Below, piece after piece: positions 30,542-39,857 of a stretch of 64,000 nucleotides of DNA (the stretch's first letter is position 1; each line of letters begins with the position of its first letter). The notes beneath the pieces are model-generated. The model made no database searches. It was not told the origin of the DNA and saw only the letters and a list, made by a program, of their open reading frames with translations. The position numbers and the translations under genes are program-made. The stretch is taken from NCBI GenBank assembly GCA_964291395.2, contig OZ219856.1, positions 2,144,001 to 2,208,000 on the forward strand. The letters are read 5' to 3'. The stretch is from Alphaproteobacteria bacterium. Lineage in GTDB: Bacteria; Pseudomonadota; Alphaproteobacteria; UBA2966.

Positions 30542-31348
30542 CTACTCGTGGGTCCAGACGGGCTTGCGTTTGCCGATGAACGCGTCGATGCCCTCGCCGG
30601 CGTCATGGAACATCATATTGCGCGCCATCTCTTCGCTCGCGCGCATGTACGCCGACTCCAGGTCCATCTCGAGCTGCTCGTAGAACACGCGCTTGCCGGC
30701 CTCGACGGCCGCCCGTGACTTGCCGAGGATGGAACGGCACAACCCCTCCAAGGCACCGTCGAGATCATCGGGCGGCGCCACACGGTTCACGAGGCCAGCC
30801 TCCCGAGCCTCCTCGGCGGACAGAAGGTCGCCAGTGAACAGCATCTCGAACGCCTTCTTGCGCTGCACGTTCCGGGTCACGGCGACACCGGGAGTCATGC
30901 AGAAAAGGCCGACGTTGATTCCGGAGGTGCCGAAGCGGGCGTCCGATGCGGCGACGGCGAGATCCGCATTGGCCACCAGCTGGCAGCCGGCCGCGGTGGC
31001 GATGCCGTGCACCCGTGCGATGACCGGCTGTGGCAGCCGCACCATGCTCAACATCATTCGGCTGCATTTCTTGAACAGGAATTCGTAGTAGTCCCGTTCG
31101 GGCCGCGCCCGCATCTCCTTGAGATCGTGCCCGGCACAAAACGCCTTGCCAGCAGCCGCGAGCACGACGACGCGCACCGACTTGTCCTCGGCGATGGCAT
31201 CGAGCTGACCCTGCAGGGACTCCAGCATGTCTTCGGACAGAGAGTTGTATTGCTCGGGCCGATTGAGAGTCAGTCGCGCGATCCCGTCCGAGTCCGCGCG
31301 GAGCAGGATCGATTCGACAGGTGGCAAACTTTCGGTCCGTGTACTCAT
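30542..31348 (-). CDS. Enoyl-CoA hydratase family protein
   Basis: AFCAGHDLKEM, ATAAGCQLVA, FIGKRKPVW. Confidence 0.92.
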   Translation of the reverse strand: MSTRTESLPPVESILLRADSDGIARLTLNRPEQYNSLSEDMLESLQGQLDAIAEDKSVRVVVLAAAGKAFCAGHDLKEMRARPERDYYEFLFKKCSRMMLSMVRLPQPVIARVHGIATAAGCQLVANADLAVAASDARFGTSGINVGLFCMTPGVAVTRNVQRKKAFEMLFTGDLLSAEEAREAGLVNRVAPPDDLDGALEGLCRSILGKSRAAVEAGKRVFYEQLEMDLESAYMRASEEMARNMMFHDAGEGIDAFIGKRKPVWTHE

Positions 31349-31433
31349 GACCGTTCCCCGTGAATGCGAGCCTCGTTGCGGCTCAAGGTAGCTCCGGCAC
31401 CGGGCAGCGGCAACCAACCGATCCGGATCGGTC

Positions 31434-32330
31434 TCACGTGCTCTCGTCCAGTCTCCGTCCTCTGGCGATCCGCGACATGATCGTCAACTCCTCGTCAGCC
31501 CAGCCTTTGTCCATCGCCTCCTGAAACACCGCGGCGGTCTCCTCGAGGATCGGCGCCGGCAGCCCGACATGGTGAGCCAGATCCCTGGCCAACTTCGCGT
31601 CCTTTGCGGAAACGGGCAACAAGCCCGCATTCGTCTTCTCGCCAGTTACGAGAGCCTCGGCGTAGCGCTCGAAGAACATGGAAAGACCGAGAGCCTTGGC
31701 TTCCATGACCAGACTGATGAACGAGTCCGTGTCGAGCCCCAGTCGCTCGCAGGTCACCAGCACCTCGGCCGTGAGTGCGGCGTGCCCCATGCCGATACCG
31801 TTCTGAAGGATTTTCATCGTGTGGGCGACGCCCGTGCCACCGACGTACCGGTAGCCGCGACCCATCGCCTCCAGGAACGGAGCAACCGCCCCCACGTATG
31901 CCTCCCCGCCCGAAACCGCGAAATAGACGTCCCTCTCGTGGGCCTGCAGCGGGATGCCGAAGATCGGGGCTTCCAAGTGATGGATTCCGTGTCCCGCCAG
32001 CTGTCGCGCCAGCGACCGTGAAATCTCCGGCGCCATGGTGGAGCAGTCACAGGTCACGAGCCCGGCCGAGCCGCCGGATACGACTCCGTCATCGCCCGTA
32101 TAAGCGGCTTGGATGGCGCTTGCGGAAGGCAGGCACGTAAACACGACGGGCACCTGCGCGGCAACGTCGGACGGCGACGCGGCGACGATGACGCCTCCCA
32201 GTGCCTCGGCCTGCGCACGGATTTCGGCCTTCAGGTCGTACGCGGACACGGAAAAACCGGCTTTGGAGAGATTCGTGACCATAGGCAAGCCCATCTGCCC
32301 CAACCCGATGAATCCCACATCACTGGCCAC
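31434..32330 (-). CDS. beta-Hydroxyacid dehydrogenase family NAD(P)-dependent oxidoreductase
   Basis: GFIGLGQMG, DCSTM, KILQN; GAGGAG RBS. Confidence 0.88.
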   Translation of the reverse strand: MASDVGFIGLGQMGLPMVTNLSKAGFSVSAYDLKAEIRAQAEALGGVIVAASPSDVAAQVPVVFTCLPSASAIQAAYTGDDGVVSGGSAGLVTCDCSTMAPEISRSLARQLAGHGIHHLEAPIFGIPLQAHERDVYFAVSGGEAYVGAVAPFLEAMGRGYRYVGGTGVAHTMKILQNGIGMGHAALTAEVLVTCERLGLDTDSFISLVMEAKALGLSMFFERYAEALVTGEKTNAGLLPVSAKDAKLARDLAHHVGLPAPILEETAAVFQEAMDKGWADEELTIMSRIARGRRLDEST

Positions 32331-32428
32331 GGCGGTCTCCTCGGAATTGTCCGGTGACAATCGTGTCGTGCGGCCCCGTGCCGCGCCCCGCCTTCGCCGT
32401 TGCCGCAACCATCGAGGACACGCCGTCC

Positions 32429-33487
32429 CTAGCGGTCATAGCCCGCCTTCTCGAAGTAGGAGACCCCGACGCGGCCGCCGGACTCCGCCGCTTCGTATAT
32501 GGCCTCGATGACGTGGAGGCCCGCGAGAGCGTCCCAAGCGGAAGCGTCGTCCGGCACGGCTCCCCGGACGATATCGAGCCAGTGGGCGTGGTGGCGGCCC
32601 CCGAAGGGGCGATCGTCGAGCTCCGGCATGTGCCAGTCCGAAATCCCGATGACGTCGGGGGCGTAGATCGCCAAGGGACCGCGCTGCCCGCGCAGCAGCA
32701 CCGTCCCCTTCTCGCCGTAGATCTCGACCAGAAACCGGTCGGTCCCCTTCTGCTCGCAGCCGGTGATCTCGTGATCCACGAGAATCCCGTTCTTCAGGCG
32801 ATAGGTTGCGAAAGCGACATCCTCCAGCTCGATGCCGGTCACGACCTCGCCGTGGGGCAGCGTGCGCTCACGCATCATGCACGCCGTCCGACCCGAAACG
32901 TCGTCGATGGGACCGAAGAGATGCTGAATCAGATCGATGCCGTGACTCGCCAGTGAGAAGACGACGCCACCGCTGACCACGGTCGGATCGTAATACCACG
33001 CCCAGATCGGACCCGAAGTCGCGTTCCGCACGCGCACGGTGTGGATGGGGCCGAACCTCCCGGACTTGATGAGATCGCGGACGTAAACGACCTCTTCGAA
33101 ATAGCGGTGCATGTAACTCACTTGAAGACCCACGCCCGCCCGGTCGGCCGCCGCTATGAGACGCTCGCAAGATCCGATGCTGTGCGCTACCGGCTTCTGG
33201 ACCATCATGGCCTTACCCGCCTCCGCGGCCGCCACTCCGATCTCCTCGTGTAAATTCTCCGGGGTCAGGATCAACACGGCATCGATATCGTCCCGCTCCA
33301 ATACGGCCCGGTAGTCGGTCTCGACTCCAGGAATTCCGTACTGTTCCGCCACCGGCGTGACCCGCTCCGCACGGCGCCCGCAGATGACCCGAACGTCCGC
33401 GCCCCCGGCGGCCCGCAGACCACCGAGGTGATAGTGACTGATGTCGCCCGCACCGATCACGCCGACCCGCACCGTGCCGCCGTTCAT
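32429..33487 (-). CDS. Gfo/Idh/MocA oxidoreductase
   Basis: GVIGAG, VQKP, HGIDL. Confidence 0.9.
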   Translation of the reverse strand: MNGGTVRVGVIGAGDISHYHLGGLRAAGGADVRVICGRRAERVTPVAEQYGIPGVETDYRAVLERDDIDAVLILTPENLHEEIGVAAAEAGKAMMVQKPVAHSIGSCERLIAAADRAGVGLQVSYMHRYFEEVVYVRDLIKSGRFGPIHTVRVRNATSGPIWAWYYDPTVVSGGVVFSLASHGIDLIQHLFGPIDDVSGRTACMMRERTLPHGEVVTGIELEDVAFATYRLKNGILVDHEITGCEQKGTDRFLVEIYGEKGTVLLRGQRGPLAIYAPDVIGISDWHMPELDDRPFGGRHHAHWLDIVRGAVPDDASAWDALAGLHVIEAIYEAAESGGRVGVSYFEKAGYDR

Positions 33488-33556
33488 CTCAGATATCCCC
33501 GATGTGTACCGTTGGACCGAACATAGCCTCGCATCCGGCAGACCCGCCACCGACGA

Positions 33557-35326
33557 TCACCATCCGACGGCGTAGGCCGGGCGTCGGGCGTCCGCCCCGC
33601 CGGTGTGGATACCCGTCTCCAGGTCCTTGCGGATCATGCAGACGGCACCCGCCCGCCAGGTCCAATCCGGCCACCAGTCCACGTCGTGACCGTAGGACTC
33701 CAACATGCTCGCGGTGGCCTCGTCGATGCGGCTCTCCAGCTTCACCTTGGCGGGCTGGCTGCCGTGGGGCTCGAACGAGTCGGGGAAGCTGTACGTCGCG
33801 AACCGGGGCGCCTCGATGGCCTGTTGCGGGTTCATCCCCCACCGCACGACATTGAGGAAACACTGCAGCATCGCCTGTACCTGGACGTCCCCGCCCGGCG
33901 TACCGAAGGGCATGATGAAGTCGCCCTCTCGGACGGCGAGCGCCGGGTTCGGCGTCAGGCGCGGCCGCTTGCCCGGTGCGACGGACGATGCGTGGTCCGG
34001 GTCGACCCACGACTGAGACCCGCGCGAGGACGGGCAGAGGCCGGTACCCGGCACGACCGGCGTGTCGCTGGACGTGTCGCTGGGAGTGGCGGAGAACACG
34101 TTGCCGTGGCGATCGGTAACGCAAACGTAGGACGTATCGAGTGCCGGCATCCGCGCGGCGTCCACCGGGACGTGAACGCCGGCGTGGCGCGGTCCCACGG
34201 CCGACATGGCCGACGGATCTCCGCCCGGAGGCATGTCGGGCCAGGCCTCTTCGGGACGGATCAACTCGCGGCGGCGCCGGGTATAGTCATCCGACAGAAG
34301 TCCCTCCATGGGTACGTTCACGAAACGGGGGTCGCCGTAGTAGTGGTGGCGGTCGGCAAAGGCGAGCTTGATGGCCTCGATCAGCGTGTGGACGTAGGCC
34401 GGGGAGTTGTGACCCATGGCGCCGAGATCGAAACCGTCGAGCAATCGCAGCGCCTGGAGGAGCGCGGGACCCTGACACCAGGGACCGCAGGCGTAGAGCC
34501 TCGTGCCGTCGTAGTCCACCGAGACCGGAGGCTCGATACCGACCCGGAAGTCCGCGAGGTCGCCCGCCCGCATCCAGCCACCGTTCTTCTCGTGGAACTT
34601 CACGATGGCGGCCGCGATATCACCCCGATAGAAGGCGTCGCGCGCTGCTTGAAGCCCCGCCTCGCGCCCCCGACCCGCGGCCGCGGTCTCCTCGTCCGCC
34701 ATGTACTGCAGCGTGCACCCGAGATCGCTCTGGACGAACAGGTCGCCCACGGCCGGCGGCTTGCCGCCGGGTAGGTAGATTTCCGCATTGGAAGACCAGC
34801 GCCGGTATTTCTCCTCATTGGCGCGGATCAGGTCCGACATGAGCGGGTACATGACGAACCCTTCGGAGGCGAACCGGATGGCGGCCGCCGCAACCTCGGC
34901 GAAGCTCATCGTGCCGTACCGCTCGAGCGCCGTGATCCAGGCGTCGGGCGCGGCCGGCACCACGGTCCGCAGGATGCCCTCGGGAACGCGGGAGGCGTGT
35001 CTGCGTCGGAACAGATCCGGGTCCGTGGCCCCGGGCCAAGTGCCGAGGCCGCTGATCGTGACGACCTCGCATGATTTCGCGAGATACATGATGATCGGCG
35101 CCACGCCGGCCACGTTGACCAGCTCGCTCTGCAGCACGCCGAGGGCGATCCCGCCGGCGCATCCGGCATCGATCGCATTGCCGCCGGCCTCAAGCACGTC
35201 GAAGGCGGCGTGGGCCGCGAGATAGTGACCGGCCACCGCCATGTGTCGCGTGCCCGCGACGGCCGGCCGCAACGTCGATAAACCTTCCCGGGCACCGGAT
35301 TCGGTCAAACCGTCGATGGGCATCAC
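33557..35326 (-). CDS. ggt: Gamma-glutamyltransferase family protein
   Basis: GGNAIDA, DTSYVCVTD (catalytic Thr), PGKRPRLTPNP, GTPGGDVQ. Confidence 0.9.
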   Translation of the reverse strand: MMPIDGLTESGAREGLSTLRPAVAGTRHMAVAGHYLAAHAAFDVLEAGGNAIDAGCAGGIALGVLQSELVNVAGVAPIIMYLAKSCEVVTISGLGTWPGATDPDLFRRRHASRVPEGILRTVVPAAPDAWITALERYGTMSFAEVAAAAIRFASEGFVMYPLMSDLIRANEEKYRRWSSNAEIYLPGGKPPAVGDLFVQSDLGCTLQYMADEETAAAGRGREAGLQAARDAFYRGDIAAAIVKFHEKNGGWMRAGDLADFRVGIEPPVSVDYDGTRLYACGPWCQGPALLQALRLLDGFDLGAMGHNSPAYVHTLIEAIKLAFADRHHYYGDPRFVNVPMEGLLSDDYTRRRRELIRPEEAWPDMPPGGDPSAMSAVGPRHAGVHVPVDAARMPALDTSYVCVTDRHGNVFSATPSDTSSDTPVVPGTGLCPSSRGSQSWVDPDHASSVAPGKRPRLTPNPALAVREGDFIMPFGTPGGDVQVQAMLQCFLNVVRWGMNPQQAIEAPRFATYSFPDSFEPHGSQPAKVKLESRIDEATASMLESYGHDVDWWPDWTWRAGAVCMIRKDLETGIHTGGADARRPAYAVGW

Positions 35327-35380
35327 TCGTTCCCTCGTTTCTGGCGGGGCCGGCGTTTCGCCGACAGCCGCCCTGTTATA

Positions 35381-36262
35381 TTGCGGCAGGACACCCGACC
35401 CGGCAAACCGACCAGGACCACCTTGTCCGTTTTCGAATTCCTGTCTCCCGGCACGACGCCCTTCGCGGATATCTCCTGGGGAGCGATCGGCGTCATCGGC
35501 CTGATCTATTTCGGTTCGTTCTTCGTGCGCGGAACTTTCGGGTTCGGCTCGGGCGTGCCGGCCATACTGCTCGGCTCATACATCCTCGAGCCGCATCACG
35601 CAGTGCTGCTGTTGCTCACCTGCTCGAGCATCAGCCACGCGCAGTTCATCGGACACGGCCTGCGGTACGCGGACTGGGGCGTCGCCAAGGTGATCCTGAT
35701 CTTCCTGATCCCCGGTGTCATCGGCGGCGTCTGGGTCTTCCGGGAGCTGAGCTCCGCCTGGCTCACACTCGTGCTCGGCGTCGTGATCTCCATCATCGTG
35801 GCGATCAGTTTCACCGACATCATGAACAAGTTGTCCGCACGCGCCGACATCCGCTCGCCTTGGATCGCCGGAGTGCTGGCGACCTGTTCGGGATGTATCG
35901 CGGGCGCCGTTGGCGCCGGCGCCAACTACCTGACGGCGGCATATCTCCGGCACGCCTGCCCGACCGCACATCAACTCCGCGCGACAGGGTTCACCTTGAG
36001 CACGGTGTCGATCGTGGGACGAGTCGTCGTCACGTCGTTCGCGGGGCTGATCACCCCGCAGATGATTGCCGAGACGATCGTATTGGCGCCCGTCGTGATC
36101 GCGGGCGGCTGGCTCGGGGCGCGGTTCTTCCGAGCGCTACCCGGTGCCCGGTTCGATGTGGTGTTCCGGGTGTTCCTGCTGATGGTCTCGATCAGTGTCG
36201 TCGGAAAAGGGATCTGGCAGGTGGTTGACTTCGTTCAAATGGATGTGGGAAGCGGACCTTGA
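35381..36262 (+). CDS. TauE/SafE sulfite exporter family protein (start uncertain)
   Basis: FVRGTFGFGSG, about 8 TM helices, LRAT motif. Confidence 0.82.
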   Translation: MRQDTRPGKPTRTTLSVFEFLSPGTTPFADISWGAIGVIGLIYFGSFFVRGTFGFGSGVPAILLGSYILEPHHAVLLLLTCSSISHAQFIGHGLRYADWGVAKVILIFLIPGVIGGVWVFRELSSAWLTLVLGVVISIIVAISFTDIMNKLSARADIRSPWIAGVLATCSGCIAGAVGAGANYLTAAYLRHACPTAHQLRATGFTLSTVSIVGRVVVTSFAGLITPQMIAETIVLAPVVIAGGWLGARFFRALPGARFDVVFRVFLLMVSISVVGKGIWQVVDFVQMDVGSGP

Positions 36263-36403
36263 GTTTGCGACCGTACGTCCCCCGCCGGTGCCGGCACGGA
36301 GGTGTCACGCGTCCGGAATTGCGATATCGTCCCCGCGCACCCACCTACCGGTGCGGCACACTGCAGTACGTCGCGACAGCCGAAGCATCGGATTGGAGAG
36401 TTC

Positions 36404-37369
36404 ATGTCGATTGACGCCGCAGAGAAAGAAGTCCCGCCACTCGATCCGGCCAAATTCCACGATCCGGAGGTCACCGCCGACGGATCGGCGCGAGCGAAGG
36501 TCGCGCTGAAAAGACTGGAGACGCTGTGGTTCAACACGGGCACGCTCTGCAACCTCACATGCGTCAACTGCTACATCGAGTCGAGCCCGACCAACGACCG
36601 GCTCGTCTATATCACGGCTGAGGAGGTCCGGACCTACGTCGACGAGATCCGGCGCGACGGCTGGACAACCCGCGAGATCGGCTTCACGGGCGGTGAGCCG
36701 TTCATGAATCCGGAAATCATCGACTGCCTGGAGGCCTGCCTATTCCAGGGGTTGGAAGTGCTGGTCCTGACCAACGGCATGCGGCCGATGACGAAGCGCC
36801 GGGACGAGCTATTGAGACTGAATGGGACGTACGGTCGCAAACTCAAGATCCGCGTATCGCTCGATCACTACACGCCGGCCCTCCACGAGCTGGAACGGGG
36901 AGCGTATAGCTGGGAGAAAACGCTACCAGGGCTCAAATGGCTGTCCGAACATGGGTTCCGCATCAGCGTGGCGGGGCGGACCCTGTGGGCGGAACCCGAA
37001 GACAGCTTGCGGGCCGGCTACGCCAAACTGTTCGCGGTCGAGGATATCGGCGTGGACGCGTGGGACCAGGCGGAGCTGGTCCTCTTTCCCGAGATGGACG
37101 AGACCATCGACGTCCCCGAGATCACCAAGGCCTGCTGGGGGATCTTGGGCGTCGATCCGGACGACGTGATGTGCGCGACGTCGCGCATGGTGGTAAAGCG
37201 CAAGGGTGCCGACAGACCGGTCGTGCTGCCCTGCACGCTCCTACCCTATGACACGGGCTTCGAGCTCGGCGAAACGCTCGCCGAAGCCACCGGCGACGTG
37301 GCCCTCAACCACCCCCACTGCGCCAAGTTCTGTGTCCTCGGCGGGGGTTCCTGCTCCATCGCGAAATAG
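36404..37369 (+). CDS. Radical SAM protein
   Basis: CNLTCVNC, FTGGEP, LTNG; Cys-rich C-terminus HPHCAKFCVLGGGSCS. Confidence 0.9.
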   Translation: MSIDAAEKEVPPLDPAKFHDPEVTADGSARAKVALKRLETLWFNTGTLCNLTCVNCYIESSPTNDRLVYITAEEVRTYVDEIRRDGWTTREIGFTGGEPFMNPEIIDCLEACLFQGLEVLVLTNGMRPMTKRRDELLRLNGTYGRKLKIRVSLDHYTPALHELERGAYSWEKTLPGLKWLSEHGFRISVAGRTLWAEPEDSLRAGYAKLFAVEDIGVDAWDQAELVLFPEMDETIDVPEITKACWGILGVDPDDVMCATSRMVVKRKGADRPVVLPCTLLPYDTGFELGETLAEATGDVALNHPHCAKFCVLGGGSCSIAK

Positions 37370-37408
37370 CTTACGGGGCGGGACCTCGAGGCCGACCTCA
37401 GTTCACGG

Positions 37409-38329
37409 TCAACGCCGATTGAGGACCGGGTCCTCCACACCCACGGCTTCGCAAGCAGCGCTGACGATGGCCGAGAAGTCCTTGTCGGCGTACTTCGACT
37501 CCAACAGCTCGTCGTAGTGATCAAGCGCCAAGTCGGCGAGGGGCGTGTCCACCCCGAGCTCGTCCGCCAAGCGGACGCCGAGCGAGAGATCCTTGCGGGC
37601 GAGCCGCATGGCGAACCCCGGTTCGAGATCGCCCGAGAACATCTTCGACAGCCAGCCCGTGGTCAGGCAGCCATTGGTCGCGGTCGTGCCGGTGATCACC
37701 TGCCAGATGGTGTCGGCGGGCAAACCGGCCTTCATCGCCATGGAGAAGGCTTCGGCATTGGCCTTAGCGGTGATCATCGTAAGGAAGTTGTTCACGACCT
37801 TGCAGCGAATCCCCGCACCCGCCGGACCGCAATGGATGATGGTATCCCCCATCGCCTCGAGAAGCGGCCGGACACGCTCCACGTCTTCGGCCTCGCCACC
37901 AACCATGAACAGCGACGTGCCGGAGATTGCCTGAGGCGGGAGACGGCCCACGGCCGCATCCACGAAAATCATGCCCGCGGCCGCGGCCGCTTCCGCGAGC
38001 GCATCGGTGTCCTTGGGATAGATCGTGCTCGTATCGAGCACGATCATCCCCGGACGGCCACTCTCGACGATGCCTCCGGACCCGGACACGACGTCCGTAA
38101 CCTGCGGCGAGCCGGGCAGCATCGTGATGACGATGTCGCTGTTCTCAGATACCTCGGCCACGCTTCCCGCACTCGAGGCACCGAGCTCGACGAGGGGTGG
38201 AACCTTGGACTGGTCGATGTCGAACACCGTAACCTCGAACCCCTTCTTCAGCAGATTGCTCGACATGGGTGTCCCCATGACACCCAAACCGATGTAGCCG
38301 ACTCTTTCCATTTTCCCGCTCTCCATCAT
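37409..38329 (-). CDS. beta-Hydroxyacid dehydrogenase (YihU/GarR-like)
   Basis: GYIGLGVMG, DTSTI, DAAVGR, KVVNN. Confidence 0.88.
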   Translation of the reverse strand: MMESGKMERVGYIGLGVMGTPMSSNLLKKGFEVTVFDIDQSKVPPLVELGASSAGSVAEVSENSDIVITMLPGSPQVTDVVSGSGGIVESGRPGMIVLDTSTIYPKDTDALAEAAAAAGMIFVDAAVGRLPPQAISGTSLFMVGGEAEDVERVRPLLEAMGDTIIHCGPAGAGIRCKVVNNFLTMITAKANAEAFSMAMKAGLPADTIWQVITGTTATNGCLTTGWLSKMFSGDLEPGFAMRLARKDLSLGVRLADELGVDTPLADLALDHYDELLESKYADKDFSAIVSAACEAVGVEDPVLNRR

Positions 38330-38522
38330 CAGGTGAAATCCCGGTACCGGATCATAATCGAGAGCCCCATGACCGCGAATCGCCCCGGAGTCACCGCCGG
38401 TTGCCGCTCGCGAGGCGCTTGCCTAAATTTGTCGCGCCCAACCGTAGAGCGGAGTCGGTCGAGGAGTTTCACATGGAACGGCGATTCAACCAGTGCCGGC
38501 CGGAACAGGCGGGACGTCGGAG

Positions 38523-39716
38523 ATGAGCGGTCCCCTCGACGGCGTGCGGGTCATCGACTTGACCACCATCCTTCTCGGACCATTCGCCACCCAGATCCTC
38601 GGCGACATGGGCGCCGACGTCATCAAGGTCGAGTCCCCCGGCGGCGATCCCATGCGCGGTTTGGGGCCCAAGCACTCGGAAGGCATGGGGCCGGTGTTTC
38701 TGAACAGCAACCGCAACAAGCGCAGCCTCGTGCTCGACCTCAAGGCGAAGGAAGGCCACGCGGCCATGCTCAAGGTCGTGGAATCGGCAGACGTCTTCTT
38801 CCACAACATGCGCCCCAGAGGCGTGCGCAACCTCGGACTTGCCTACGAAGATCTGCGCGAGATCAATCCTCGCCTCATCTATTGCGGCGCCTACGGCTAC
38901 CGTGAAGACGGCCCTTACGGGGACAAGCCGGCCTACGACGACATGATTCAGGCGGCCTCCGGCCTTGCCATGCTGCAAGCCGAGGTGGGCGATCGCCCGG
39001 CCTACGTCGCGAATGTGATCTGCGACAAGATCGTGGCCATGTCGGCAGCCAACGCGGTGGCCATGGCGCTATTCCACAGGGAACGAACCGGGCGGGGCCA
39101 GCGCGTAGAAGTTCCGATGTTCGAGACCATGGTCAACTTCCTGCTGCCGGAGCATTGGATGGGCATGACCTTCGAGCCACCCCTGGGTCCCGCAGGTTAC
39201 GGCCGTGTGCTGTCGCAGGGCAGACGTCCGTACAAGTCGAAGGACGGCTACGTCGCCGCGATGCCTTACTCGGACCGGCAGTGGGAAACCTTTTTCAAGC
39301 TGGTGGGACGCGAGGAGCTCCTGGAAGACCCGCGTTTCAGTACCCTGGACGAACGGGTGAATCACGTCGAGGATCTCTATGGCGAACTCGCCAGGATCGT
39401 CGCGACCCGGACCACGGCCGAATGGATGGAGATACTGGACGAGGCGCAGATCCCGGTGATGGCCGTGAACTCGATCGAGGATCTGGCGGACGACCCCCAC
39501 CTCGCGGAGACCGGCTATTGGCACATGATGGAACACCCCACCGAGGGAACACTGCGCCTACCGGGCATCCCGACCGAGTTCTCCGAGTCGCCCGGCGACG
39601 TTCGGCTGCCGCCGCCGAGGCTCGGCGAGCACACGGCGGAAGTATTGAGGGAGGCCGGTTTGCCGGAGGCGGAGATTGACGGGTTGGTCAATGCCGGGAC
39701 CGCAGTCGCGGCGTAG
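38523..39716 (+). CDS. CaiB/BaiF family III CoA-transferase
   Basis: GPLDGVRVIDL, GADVIKVE, NRNKRS, AYDDMIQA, PRLGEHT. Confidence 0.93.
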   Translation: MSGPLDGVRVIDLTTILLGPFATQILGDMGADVIKVESPGGDPMRGLGPKHSEGMGPVFLNSNRNKRSLVLDLKAKEGHAAMLKVVESADVFFHNMRPRGVRNLGLAYEDLREINPRLIYCGAYGYREDGPYGDKPAYDDMIQAASGLAMLQAEVGDRPAYVANVICDKIVAMSAANAVAMALFHRERTGRGQRVEVPMFETMVNFLLPEHWMGMTFEPPLGPAGYGRVLSQGRRPYKSKDGYVAAMPYSDRQWETFFKLVGREELLEDPRFSTLDERVNHVEDLYGELARIVATRTTAEWMEILDEAQIPVMAVNSIEDLADDPHLAETGYWHMMEHPTEGTLRLPGIPTEFSESPGDVRLPPPRLGEHTAEVLREAGLPEAEIDGLVNAGTAVAA

Positions 39717-39857
39717 GCAGGGAGCAGCTGCTCGTTAGCACCGCCACCGGACAACTCTGCTCGTTGCCGACACGCCGGACAGTTCGCGTCAGCTTGGCCG
39801 CTGTGTTAAGGAACCGGCCTCTCACACGATCACCTCCATCCTCGCGGGAACTTACGC

